In this document: piece after piece, positions 50,201 through 59,448 of the stretch
Position numbering within the stretch: the first letter of the stretch is position 1
How the letters are laid out: every line of letters starts with the position of its first letter
Assembly (NCBI GenBank): GCA_965644265.1
Contig: OZ286462.1
Span: 48,422,001-48,486,000 of the forward strand
DNA from: Glycera tridactyla
Lineage: Eukaryota
Length of the DNA: 64,000 nucleotides
Reading direction: 5' to 3'
Notes under the pieces: generated by a model
Told to the model about the DNA's origin: nothing
The model's input: the letters and a program-made list of their open reading frames with translations, nothing else
Database searches by the model: none
Made by a program: the position numbers and the translations under genes

Positions 50201-53200
50201 AAACAAGTAGGATGCCCTCTTTGTGAGATATTCACTAATGAAAATTGGTTGTTTGGCACGTGCTAGCTGCATTCTCGACTGATAAACCCTTTTCCTGCGA
50301 AAGGCATACACAAATTCAAGCAAAACTGGTCTTGGTTTCCCAGATGTTCTCGGGCCAATTCTCTTAGCATTTTCAATGTCCCCGAGAGTGATACTAGGTT
50401 CAATCTTACCATGCATAAAGTCAACAACATGCTCAGGGGTCAACTCATTCTGTACTTCTGGCACACCATCAATAAGGAGTAACTTCATATTGTTATTATT
50501 TTCAATAGTGTTCAATTTGTCCTGGATTGCATTCATTTGCTCAGTATCAACTGGGTTTGTACCTGAAATGGTTTGAGACTGGAACTTCGACTCAAGAGAC
50601 TGCAATTTATCAGAAACAGATTCAAATTTTGTTTCGAGTGCAGGGTTTGTTAAAGTTACAGCTTCTGACCTGAACTCATTTAATTTCTTTTCTAGGTCAC
50701 TTATCCTCTGATTCAAGGCACTATTATCATTTGTCATCAGTGGAAGAGAATCAAGTTTGGCCTGTAACTCAGCACCTGAAACATAGTCCGAAATCTTGGC
50801 ATTCATTTGTGCAACACTCTCACTCAGAAATTTGATATTCAGAGACTGGTTTCTCAGTTCAGAAAATTCACCCACTTCCACATTCAATGTGTCCAAATTT
50901 TCACGTTGGGAGTGTACTTCTCTGGCCAACGATGAGATTTTGCCATCTAGCTTAGATACATCGTCTTTTATGGCAGAATTGATCAGTTTCATGGTCTCAT
51001 CACAGGCCATGCTTTCTAAAAACAAGGTTTTAAACTGTTGTGGATCAATTTTTACAGTTTCCATCTTCTCAGCTCTGCAGAGATGTCAGGAAGCACAGGC
51101 ACAATACTAAGTTCCTCACCAGTGATGAAACTCGCGAAGGAATGATGTATCTGTCCGATACTGGCCGGTGTACTCTGCGACTGTATAAAATCCGTTTCAC
51201 GAAACTTTGGTGTCGTAGGAGCATGTGAATCAGTAACCAAAGATTCCCGCTTTGTGTTCTCACGAGGTGGCGACTGCAGGGATGAAGGGGACAGTGTGGC
51301 TGAAGCAACTATAGGCGAATGTTTACGTTTGTGTCCGCCCGTATCACTTCTACAATCACGTATATCGCGCTCATCCAAGTCTCTAGCTTCCACAATGGTA
51401 GACTCAGAAAGAGAAGATTCAGACACAATTGATTCCGTAGACGATTCAATAAGAATGGAATCACAATCGCTGTTTGAAATGACACCAGAGATTTCCGTTG
51501 CGTTAGACATGGTTGTCAAGGGCACAGTCCGCCATCTTGAAAGCTCTCAGTTCAAAATTACGTTCTTCTTTGTGTTCCCCACGAAATCACATACGAACCA
51601 TGCGTCAAATGTTCGTCAAAGTGGTATATCCAGGTTCTTCAGTTCATCATCTTCTTATTCGTGCATATCGTTGGACTTAACGAAATAAAACTAAGGTTTG
51701 GCGACCAAAACAAACAGAAGAATCAGTATCCCCCTCCCATGTCAGAGCGCGGAGGAATATCAAACATCCCAGACATGGAATTCCTATCTCCAACAAAAAC
51801 CTGCGATTGCTTTGGGAAATTCCAACCATTGCACAATAGAGAAAATGAGACTGTTGGCAGGCTAAAGCCATCACCTTATCACCCATCACTATCACCTGCT
51901 ATGGGTCAGCAGCACCAGCACAGGCAAACAGGAAATGGACATGAGGTTTCTAGATCATGGACCTGAGGGATCCACTGAACTGTGTGAGAATCTTAAGGCC
52001 TGCACTCACCCCAAGTAGGCATTCATACTGTTCACAGATGAAGGGAATGGTAGACCAGAATCCAAATCTGTTATACCTGCTGCAGCAACCGCATCTTTCT
52101 ATGAAGAATCAATGGAGAAATTTATTTCCATTAAAAATGTTCAACTCACTCTACCTTGTACAATTGAACCAATATGCCAGCTTAAGAATATGTCCTCAAT
52201 CTTGTTATTCATTTATTTCACTTATCATTTTGAGCCTATATTAAGAATCCTAAAAGGATTGCATTCAAATACGGATATATTCAACAACATCCATCTTGAA
52301 AGGCAGTTTCATGACACAAAATGATAGCTGGGTCATCTATATGGATATCCATCTGCCCCGTAACACTCACATTAGCTGTATAACTGAGCTAAAATCACAC
52401 ACACACACACACACACACAAACCCTCCCTCTCTCTCTCACACACACAAATTCCCCCCCCCCCCCCCCCCCACACACACACCAACAAACACACACATGATC
52501 ATGATACAAGCCATAATGAAAATTAACTATCGTGTTGGACTAAGGACATATGAGTGTTCTAAACTCACCATGGGCATGACATCATCTCCGGTGATCGTGG
52601 CAATATTGAGCGAGACCCCAGCTTTACTGGCAACCTCACGCAGAGCTGCAGCACAAGCTTCGGGATTAACACCACCTGCATTGCTCACTATCTTCACACC
52701 TAAGGAAAACGAAAACAATGACAAGAATAGTGATAACACTGATGATAATAATTATTGAAAAATTATTATTGTGAAATTATTACATCGGTAATGCTGATGC
52801 ACTATAACAGAATTTCCTGAAACCTGACCAAATTTCCTGAAACTACCCCCATATACCTCCGAAATATCAGAATTGAAACTTCTAGCACAAGTCTGGAAGG
52901 GGACAGGGTTTGCACAGGACCAGATTGATAAATATCAGGGAATTTTAAGGCCATCCCAATTAATCTCATACTGATGCTCATTTGGTCCATAAATCATATC
53001 AACGTCAAGCAGGATCTGAATAAGGACTTTCTCCAACGTGTTCTAATGATAATTTCTTAACATCATTATCGAAAACGTCCAGACATTGAATGAACGTCTG
53101 GGTGGGGCATTTCAATGAACACAGTATTGCTGTCTGAATATTGGAGAAAATCTTAATCGGTGAGCACTTTTGATATGCACCTACCTTTCTTCTTTATATC

Positions 53201-55687
53201 TTTAATGTATGGCGCTACAGCCACTTGCACAAAATCTGGAGCGTAACCCATGTTCTGAATGAAAACAAAAACAAAGTTTTGAACTGTGTGTGTGTGTGTG
53301 TGTGTGCGTGCGTGCATGCGTGCGTGCGTGCGCGTGTGTGTGTGTGTTTTGTTAGCTGTAAAAACAGGAGACAATGAGGATAGAATGATGAGCAAAATTT
53401 ATGATTCAATTCTGTTTTATGTGAATTTATCTAAACATGAATATTCTCTATTATCATGAGCTGAGTCTATTTTAGTCAATGCAATTACCACAAAAGCAAG
53501 ATCGTCTGAAAATACTTCAAAACCTTAGTATATTATCAGCAACTTCAAGTTCTCCTAACTTGCAGGGTATTAGCCAGCCATACGTCCAGCCGTCATTTGG
53601 ACCCCCTATCTTGATATTGGACGACCTCTTAAATCAACAGGGTGTCCAGTAGGGCGTCCATTAATCCCCTTAGTCAATACTATGACAGTAGTACTAGAAA
53701 CAACACCAGTTGCTCTCCAGGGCATCAAATTTGGTGATCAAACACAAGACAGTTAATCCTTGCCTAATTAGTCAGTGGAGTAATCACTTGCTCATTACCT
53801 TCCACCTCAAACTTTGTGTAGGTACTAGCCAGTAGTCATCCCAGCTTCATTGGGAATATGAAATTGTGTTCTATAACAGAACAGATTCATATAATGGATT
53901 GAGACCAGTGCTTGATGATGAATTGCAGCATTTCAGATATTTCCTGTCTTCAAGTGAAGCTCAAATTTTGAAACTGACTAAGAGACAGCTAGCAATAACA
54001 CCTGTGATAGAATGAAGGTCATTTATAAATCAATATAAGATATTTAGGAAAGCATTGTAATATTATTTCAGGGCATGCTGAAACTACCCGTCCACGTTAT
54101 TTTTCTCATATTCAGAAAATGTCGTTCGCGCTATTTTTCTGGCTTTGGGAAATATTTGGACACCCTGTTTTGGCTGGCTGGCTAACACCCTGCTAACTTG
54201 CCTTCAATTTTGATACTATTTCGAAATACTGAACCACTTTTATGATTGGGATATGCATTCTAACCTCCTCTTTTGGCTCATTTTTATTGAGATAGAAAAA
54301 CTAATGTTCATAATGTTCAGAGACTGATACTCAAAGACTGAAAAATAACCAGGAAATAGAGCAAACTTAAAATTATCATAACATTCTCCATTATGCAAGG
54401 AATCAGACCTCTACAAAGAGATGCAATCACATCAATGCTAAGTTCATATTACAGCTCCGAGGTATACATACCGGGAATTTATTTTTTGCAGCTGTCATCA
54501 GCGACATGGTTATTTCAGATAGGTAGTCAAACACCAGGTAGTCCAGCTTGCCTTGGTGAATCAGCTGAGGTGCTGTGACAAAAAAACCAATTCAAACCAT
54601 CATCTACAGGCATTGCTCAAACGCAGCAACTTATGTATTTCATACTAATCCTTGGGATGGCAGAATGACGCAATCAACCAATATTGTTACACACATCAAC
54701 ATGTCTATGCCACAGGGGCATTCATCAACTGAACATTTGAACACAGGGCTTGAATTTGAGATAAGTGCTCATGCTCATTCATGTAATTTTCATTGTTCTC
54801 ATGAACAGAAAACTTCAAAGAAAGCTCCACAAGTAGAAAAGGCAAATTCCATATGTCTATGTGTAAATGGCAAACTCCAAATATATGGACGATAGAGCCA
54901 CGGCAATAGAAAGGGATTTCACAATTGGAGAAAGTGTATGGGCCTTTGGACACATGGGTACAGCTTACATGTTAAATTTCAGTTTTTATTGGCACAAAAC
55001 CATGTGATTTATTGAAAATACACTCAATTGCGACTGCCTTTTTGGGGACATCAAACATGACTGTATCTGCACTTTCATCATATATGGAACAAGAATAATT
55101 TCTGCACTATTGCCATGGCATCAGGTTCATGGTTGTAAATGAAACAAAGACGGTGGTATCTTAACTTTGAAGATAACAATTCTCAGAATGAGTAAATATA
55201 AAATGATTCAGAGTCACTGTGTATGATCAAATCTTAAAGTCAATAGGATAAGTGGGATTCCAAACAGTTGAAACTGTCATGAGTGAAAGTATTCAGCCAA
55301 GCAAGAATAGCAATTATCAACACATTTAAGGGATGACAACACATCCATCAAGTGTGTTTAATCTATCACAGAAAATCTGGAACCTCAGATTAATTTTTTC
55401 TAGTCATCATGACCAGATGACTTCACTGACAGCTGCAATGACCCATTTGACAGCTGTTTGTTTACAAGATGGGGGCGGTGGTCAAGGCAAGGTTCACCTG
55501 AAACAGCAGTATCTCCCCAGAATCCTGATGCACATCCGATTCGCACGCCATTATTTCGACCATCTGTGAAATCTCTAGATTGTAATAAAACAGGGGAATT
55601 TGAGCCGTGCCCAGCAATGGGTCGCAACTGGCGACCAAGTCCAATCCTTTGAATGACCCGCTGTGTGTATCTCATGTTGACGGCCAT
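28601..55687 (-). CDS. Acyclic terpene utilization AtuA family (DUF1446) protein, complete, 19 exons, 643 aa; exons 55687-55498, 54572-54472, 53254-53185, 52699-52569, 52098-52010, 44205-44106, 43254-43211, 37358-37281, 36961-36765, 36180-36116, 35491-35385, 34964-34886, 33098-32999, 32169-32130, 31516-31465, 31121-30926, 30113-29987, 29149-29059, 28675-28601
   Basis: All 18 introns are GT-AG with matching phases. Exon lengths sum to 1932 nt (643 aa + TAA). Family motifs: [142 protein letters not shown]. These match bacterial AtuA/DUF1446 as I recall them. Confidence 0.92.
28700..28992 (-). mobile_element. Short HINE-like element in AtuA intron 18
   Basis: (GACA/GACG)n microsatellite followed by TATGCCCCC...GGGGGCATAAT, the mirror of the 190-1197 5' end. 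The left limit is approximate. Confidence 0.6.
30125..30408. other. Assembly gaps (N runs) at 30125-30408, 61106-61233 and 62134-62293
   Basis: N runs; the first lies 11 nt from the AtuA exon 17 acceptor. Confidence 0.95.
33553..34820 (-). mobile_element. 5'-truncated CR1/L2-group LINE (RT C-terminus + 3' UTR) in AtuA intron 12
   Basis: ORF 34077-34817 has [43 protein letters not shown] (33584-33579) is followed by an (AATCTC)3 tail (33570-33553). Confidence 0.88.
35165..35265. repeat. (GT)n/(GCAT)n microsatellite; other simple repeats at about 52397-52495 (AC/C-run) and 53286-53346 (GT/GCGT)
   Basis: Directly visible. Confidence 0.95.
37480..37696. mobile_element. hAT-like MITE with a 6-bp TSD
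   Basis: TIR CAGGGCTCTACATTG; flanks TTTGCA on both sides; internal GGCTACCAAA repeats. Confidence 0.75.
38265..38569 (-). pseudogene. hAT-type transposase C-terminal fragment (left arm; continues at about 39150-39370 beyond an inserted MITE)
   Basis: Reverse-complement counterpart of 40015-40330 ([13 protein letters not shown]...[13 protein letters not shown]). The inner part encodes HSWYL...VSDDEK across frameshifts. Confidence 0.75.
38568..39149. mobile_element. CpG-rich MITE with TA TSD nested in the left hAT arm
   Basis: Inverted ends TACTGTAGTCTCGCGCGTATACGCGCA / TGCGCGTACACGCGCGAGACTACAGTA. Confidence 0.8.
39895..40332 (+). pseudogene. hAT-type transposase C-terminal fragment (right arm)
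   Basis: [11 protein letters not shown]...WLALPPDQW...[19 protein letters not shown]; frameshifted upstream [11 protein letters not shown]. Confidence 0.75.
40463..42180 (-). mobile_element. Helentron-type non-autonomous element (HINE-like) with an internal 147-bp tandem array, nested in the right hAT arm
   Basis: Inserted in an A-run without a TSD (the empty site is visible in the left arm). It has a terminal hairpin GCCCCGCTCGGGTAACCGAGGCGGGGC, an (ACGC/ACCC) microsatellite at 42038-42103, and 9 tandem units. Confidence 0.8.
40690..42030. repeat. Satellite array, 147-bp unit x9 (two units are 175 bp)
   Basis: Unit anchors at 40694, 40841, 40988, 41135, 41310, 41457, 41604, 41779, 41926. 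Confidence 0.92.
42519..43079. mobile_element. Tigger-like MITE (TACCG ends)
   Basis: TA-CCGCATTCTCCCTAAATAGCGCCC ... GGGCGCTAATTAGGGAGAATATGG-TA. Confidence 0.8.
45427..47517 (-). CDS. LINE ORF2 reverse transcriptase part (separated from the endonuclease by a 1-nt frameshift)
   Basis: Motifs [77 protein letters not shown]. Confidence 0.92.
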   Translation of the reverse strand: MGNIDWNDLLQEHEPNKIWDLFLTSFREICDKHAPYVQMKIQGRLPEWANDDYISMIDLRKNVKREANRDMNKDLMDQFKVIRDQVVTLGRDLKRSFITDAIEENKGNCRKLWKILRNLIPSTKCQKTDAVEINGKDDPQDIADDFNEFFCSVGEKLATKFTNVDHTNISDIISGVNLFRFEMVHIKEIEKLLSKISATKSTGIDGINPRFYKIAHTVIAPPITHLINCCINSSVIPDAWKIARVTPLFKNGDRADLSNYRPISVLPIMGKIVERIIHDQLYAFFAGHGLLDPNQHGFRKGHSTETCTLEILDQIYHELDKNHVTGLVFLDLKKAFDTVEHHILAEKLRQYGVVGSANAWARDYLKDRKQISCFKGKSSSCREIKCGVPQGSIMGPLLFIIYIDDLPSTLIHSKVAMYADDTVLYVSGSCINDVQLALQEDLDAVEKWLYCNRLTLNVQKTQAMVIRNKYYQGATNLILKLQDTLLEQVDTLKYLGIWLDKNLTFTKHVDHICNKTKRKLGLMKRTRHFVPQKTSLLLYKSLVLPLLDYCDLIYCNANADTMYKLQVLQNRAFRIILNEPPRSSASAMHESLSLHYLSERRKLHLAVCMFKLRTNRIESLYFCHTMRTLDYTHGLQTRANTSNNLSLDRMRTLQGKKALSYFGAKLWNDIDPEIRNLPSVNRFKNEYTRKYLETSA
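47400..48308 (-). CDS. LINE ORF2 apurinic-like endonuclease part
   Basis: Motifs [21 protein letters not shown]...[35 protein letters not shown]. The first ATG is at 48293; the true reading continues in the -1 frame near 47590. Confidence 0.9.
   Translation of the reverse strand: MLVAVMLDLSHINEHKGMKIGYLNVHYLLPKLDEIKLLLFRTKMDIMYLSETFLTDDIDDSELSIDNYVIVRLDRADLTTKSKGGGLLAYIKNSINFREEKNLNVSDKDIEVSSVKIIQKNTRPVMCFSIYRPPDGNLSKFYETLVRLLDTSTHVLNPELFLIGDYNIDYLKQHTRGCRLLKNLEYAYDLLPLINEPTRITTETKTCIDLCFSNRHEVIQNTGVIELGLSDHCMIYCHRRRRRSAISYEPEDYEVFPLMRLLLMWETLTGMIFCKNMNQTRSGICFLPLLEKSVISMPHMYR
49994..51064 (-). CDS. LINE ORF1, C-terminal part (coiled coil + RRM + CTD)
   Basis: A heptad-rich region is followed by LLIDGVPE...DIENAKRIG...PRPVLLEF...IFISEYLT...WTNDGQVF, the usual ORF1 layout of invertebrate CR1/L2-group elements. 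Confidence 0.82.
   Translation of the reverse strand: METVKIDPQQFKTLFLESMACDETMKLINSAIKDDVSKLDGKISSLAREVHSQRENLDTLNVEVGEFSELRNQSLNIKFLSESVAQMNAKISDYVSGAELQAKLDSLPLMTNDNSALNQRISDLEKKLNEFRSEAVTLTNPALETKFESVSDKLQSLESKFQSQTISGTNPVDTEQMNAIQDKLNTIENNNNMKLLLIDGVPEVQNELTPEHVVDFMHGKIEPSITLGDIENAKRIGPRTSGKPRPVLLEFVYAFRRKRVYQSRMQLARAKQPIFISEYLTKRASYLFYLCRQEFKRRRIGKCWTNDGQVFFSQTPTSRGIIMRKPEDLYNIIGDGNNNQQQQPSNVTTPENAMTL
51052..51525 (-). CDS. LINE ORF1, N-terminal Ser-rich part (frameshifted relative to 49994-51064)
   Basis: Preceded by AAGATGGCGG. Ser/Thr/Glu-rich, with a KRKHSP motif. Overlaps the downstream ORF1 part by 13 nt, in the -1 frame. Confidence 0.6.
   Translation of the reverse strand: MPLTTMSNATEISGVISNSDCDSILIESSTESIVSESSLSESTIVEARDLDERDIRDCRSDTGGHKRKHSPIVASATLSPSSLQSPPRENTKRESLVTDSHAPTTPKFRETDFIQSQSTPASIGQIHHSFASFITGEELSIVPVLPDISAELRRWKL
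53563..54192 (+). mobile_element. hAT MITE, copy 1 (AtuA intron 2)
   Basis: TIR CAGGGT(A/G)TTAGCCAGCC; perfect 8-bp TSD CTAACTTG (53555-53562 / 54193-54200). Confidence 0.9.
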
Positions 55688-55912
55688 TTTGGATTCCCAC
55701 AGCACGTGCGCAATGAAAACTTCCGGTCCATAGTGCGCATGCGCAATGATCGTGTGATCGAACGTATTCCGACTCATTTCCTTCATCTGGATGATGTGAG
55801 CTCACATATTAAATGGAAATAGTCCATTTTCAGGGCTGTATTCTCCATCTGAAACCGCCACAAATGGTGGAATATATTTTCTAGCGTTTCGGGAATATCA
55901 TATTGTGCCAAA
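55681..55912. promoter_or_regulatory. Bidirectional promoter shared by the AtuA-like gene and JIP3
   Basis: The two ATGs are 225 bp apart in a CpG-rich patch. Motifs: NRF1 palindrome TGCGCATGCGCA (55734-55745), ETS/GABP ACTTCCGG (55719-55726), E-box CACGTG (55703-55708), YY1-like CGGCCATTTT over the AtuA ATG (55681-55690). Confidence 0.8.
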
Positions 55913-56212
55913 ATGGATAGCGAAGAAGTAGAGACGGTATATGGAACAAATGAGGACGGTCATGTTATGTCCGAGCGAGTGCAGAGTTTGGCAGCCAGCA
56001 TATACAAGGAGCTGGAACGGATGATAAAACAGTACGATGAGGACGTGGTTAAAGAGCTTATGCCCCTTGTTGTGGGTATTCTAGAAAGTTTAGATCAAGC
56101 TTATGAAGAAAAACGAGAAAATGAAGTGGAACTCGAACTATTACGGGATGATAACGAGCAGCTACTGACGCAGTATGAGCGAGAGAAACAACTGCGAAAA
56201 GGGGCTGAGCAG
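55913..56212 (+). CDS. MAPK8IP3: JNK-interacting protein 3/4 (JIP3/JIP4, sunday driver/UNC-16), first coding exon (RH1 domain); later exons lie beyond the window or were not found
   Basis: [11 protein letters not shown]...[44 protein letters not shown]...[26 protein letters not shown] is the JIP3/SPAG9 N-terminal signature. The exon is 300 nt and ends CAG|gtatgg (phase 0). Confidence 0.92.
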
Positions 56213-56710
56213 GTATGGTGACTTGTTTACATTCTCCAGTTTGACAGTTGGCACGTGTGTTTACTTTACCCAATTTCTCCCTCAGTGATGATCAACTTGA
56301 CTTCATTACACAAACCCAGAGGCAGGTGATTGGTAAAATTTGCTCGTGGATCTTTCGTTCCGAAATCAGTTGATTCCATCTGTCTGCTTTGGCATTTTGT
56401 CCTGCTTAGATCTCTCAAAATGGTTGTCACCCCAGTCCTGCTCTCAATCAGGTCATGAGCCGATGAGTGGGCGTGTCCATGTGGTGCTCCTCTGCAGGTG
56501 TCACTGGAGAGATCACCAATAGTCTAGGGTGCTTATATATTGGAATTGCATCAATTTATGTGAATGAGTTAATAAATGTGTATTTATTTCAGTTTCATAT
56601 TTGGTCAGTGTATGATTGACTTATGAAGAAATATGTGCTGATGGATAGCCCAAACCTACAGGGCAATGGGTTTTCTCCCAGTTGGTTTGTATTACTCATC
56701 AGCAGTACGA

Positions 56711-56990
56711 GCAGTTTGACAAGTGTGTATTGGGCAGTTTGACAAGTGTGTATTGGGCAGTTTGACAGTTGTGTATTGGGCAGTTTGACAGATGTGTATT
56801 GGGCAGTTTGACAATTTGGATTGAACTGTTTGACAAGTGTTTATTGGGCAATTAGGCGTGTATGTATTGAGCACTCTGGCAGGCGTATATCCAGCACTTA
56901 GGCAAGTATGATCAGCAGTTTGACAAGTATGCAATGAGCAGGTTGGCAAGTGTGTAACAGCATAATGAGCAGTTTCAGACATGTGTGTAT
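56711..56990. repeat. 23-bp minisatellite (GCAGTTTGACAAGTGTGTATTGG)n, decaying rightwards
   Basis: 4-5 near-perfect units from 56711, then degenerate units. Confidence 0.85.
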
Positions 56991-58270
56991 TGATCATCAA
57001 TGAATTGTATATAAAGTTTTTCCATATCGGTTGGGTGGCTGCCTCACAAAATCATATGCTTGGATGGCCAGTTGTTCAGAATGGTGGTAGATTCAAATTT
57101 AGATGATTTTGTATACATTTTCAACATAACAACATTCTTTTCCTCTTGTGTGTATTGATACAGTGAGTTTTTGATAAGATGATTGACCACCAACAATATG
57201 ATCTATCTTTTTCTATCGGGAGTCATTCCCATCCAAAGTCACTTGGTGTATCGAGTAGGTTAGTGCCAAGCCTGTCATTTCAGAACATGCTGAAATATGA
57301 CCAGGATGCCAGAAAATGTTTTCATGTTGAGACCTAATTGGCAGCTGGTGAGGATCACACTCACAATGAGCAGTATTTGAACCCATTTGTAATGAATGAA
57401 TTATTATCCACTATGACGTATAAATCACACAGTCTCCTGGAACCCCAGTATTTTGGAAGTCTAGCACACATGCCAATCCATTTTTGAGGTGTCTGGGAAG
57501 TGGTGGTGAGTGGTTTACTGCAAGATGATTCACCAAAATGGTGAATGACATTGCCACGGTACACATACTCATGTTTGTGTACTGATAATGAGCAGGACAA
57601 GGTTTGCAGCAGTTTCTGGATGCCTGATCATGGATTACCTGATAAGAGACTGGCTTGAGTGATGCTCATCTGAGGAAATCTTTAAAACCATAATTGACTG
57701 TCCCAACATCATACTTCAAATACACAATTTAGGTATAGGTTTTTTCTCAACTCCAAATTACTCATGGAATTTCATCAAACTGCATGACCGCTTGTGAGAA
57801 TATATCAAATGAAATGTCGATCAGATAAGTCATAGTTCAACGGTGATGATGATGATCAGTTACCATCCATTGATCATGCATGTATATGTAATTAAAATCC
57901 AGAGGCTGGTGGGAAGTAGTCCCTCCAACAAATCAATGACATTTTCATAAATGTTTCTGATCATCAGCTAGAGGTTATTTAGCATGGACAAGAATTATCC
58001 TGCTCAAGCATTGATGCAGTTGAGGTGAATGTGTGAGAATTCAATAGCCTAGAATGATTTGAGAGTGGATGACAAAATATAATTTAGAGAGGGTTGATTT
58101 TCCAGACAGGCAGCTTAGTTTTATGATGTCTTCTCACCCTCAGGCCCAGGTAAGATGTCAGGGAAACCTTGGAGAATTGGAATTGTGATTCAGTTGCATA
58201 GCCATTGTTTATTTCTGGTGAGAAAGTAATGGTGTATCATGTGTTTTGGTATGTTTTGGAGAGGCAGCAG

Positions 58271-59028
58271 CAGGGTGTTAGCTAGCCACCCAGCCAAAAC
58301 AGGGTGTCCAAATTTTTTCCAGAGCAAGAAAAATAACGCGGACAACGATTTCCCTAAGATGAGAGAAATAACGCGGACAGGTAGTTTCACCATGACCTGA
58401 AAATATTACTAAGTTTTCCTAGGTATCTCACATTGATGAATAAATGACCTTCATTCAAACCTAGCTTATCTATCACAGGAGTTGTTGCTAAATGTCTCTT
58501 AGTCAAAATTTGAGCTTCGCTTGAAGAGAGGAAAAATATCTGAAATGCTTCAATTCATCAATATCAAGCACTGGTCTTGATCCATCATATGAATCGGTTT
58601 AGAACAAAATATTCTGGAGCTGTTTTTTGACTGCAGTAATGCCAATAAATCAGTCGGGCTTCATAGTGGGAGTGATGTAATCAAGGACTTTAGGCAATGA
58701 AAACAGATCAGAATATTTGTGAGCAGGCTATCAGTTAGCAGTATGATCACATCAATGATGCTGGGATGACCACTGGCTTGTCCCCCACAAAGTTTGAGGT
58801 TGAAGATAATGAGCAAGTGATTACCCCACTCATTAATTAGGCAGGGATTAACTGTCTTGTGCTTGATTACCAAATTTGATGCTCTGGAGAGCAACTGATG
58901 TTGTTTCTGCTACAATTTCATAATGTTGACTTAGGGGATTAAGGGACCCCTACTGGACACCTTGTTGGTTTAAGAAGCTGTCCAATATCACAATAGGGGG
59001 TCCAAATGACTAGCCGGCTAACACCCTG
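58271..59028 (-). mobile_element. hAT MITE, copy 2 of the same family in opposite orientation (JIP3 intron 1)
   Basis: TIR CAGGGTGTTAGC; perfect 8-bp TSD GGCAGCAG (58263-58270 / 59029-59036). The interior is the reverse complement of copy 1, roughly 80% identical by eye. Confidence 0.9.
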
Positions 59029-59049
59029 GGCAGCAGGCCATTCAACACT

Positions 59050-59435
59050 CAGGGCTCCATGTTGAGGGCTACCCTACTGGCACAAGCAGGTAGATTTGTT
59101 GTTAGGGCAGGTGATTTTATCAGTCTGCATACCTGATGGCCAGGAACCTAACCATGATTTAGTCTATATGGTTATACAGTCGAACCTCCTCTAAAGACTA
59201 CCTCCCTATAAAGACCACCCTGAGCTGCGACCATGGTTGTATTTTCAACAGTAAATGACCTCCCTATAAAGACCACCTCCTTATAAAGACCGCATTTTGA
59301 TGCGACCAAAGGCGATCTTTATAGAGAGGTTTGACTGTACGTAGAAGGGCTGGTGAAAATATAGAGAGAGCAGGTGGAAATCCCACTTTACCTACCTAAA
59401 AGACATCTGAAGAAAAGCATTGATGTAGAGCCCTG
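59050..59435. mobile_element. hAT-like MITE (CAGGGCTC ends) carrying a nested pogo-type MITE at 59175-59339; related copies at about 63234-63665
   Basis: Ends CAGGGCTCCATG / GATGTAGAGCCCTG; flanks share ACACT. The empty TA site is visible in the 63620-63660 copy. Confidence 0.7.
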
Positions 59436-59448
59436 ACACTGGATGTTG

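Larger units (their letters stand above)
45034..51750 (-). mobile_element. Near-full-length non-LTR retrotransposon, CR1/L2 group (Crack/Daphne-like), inside AtuA intron 5, same orientation as the host gene
   Basis: Contains ORF1 (coiled coil + RRM-like), APE endonuclease and RT ORFs, and a 3' UTR ending AATAAA (45064-45059) then a (TGTCTAT)3 tail (45054-45034). The 5' boundary is approximate and no TSD was found. Confidence 0.9.

Noticed and set aside
51254-51688. 144-aa plus-strand ORF antisense to LINE ORF1
   Set aside because: Most simply a shadow frame of Ser-rich coding sequence; no recognisable domain.
28601-55687. Bacterial contamination or recent horizontal transfer as the source of the AtuA-like gene
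   Set aside because: It has 18 spliceosomal introns filled with host repeats and a promoter shared with an animal gene.
3625-56212. Minor-spliceosome (U12) or non-canonical introns
   Set aside because: All 26 donors checked are ordinary GT with U2-type context; no AT-AC and no GTATCCTT.
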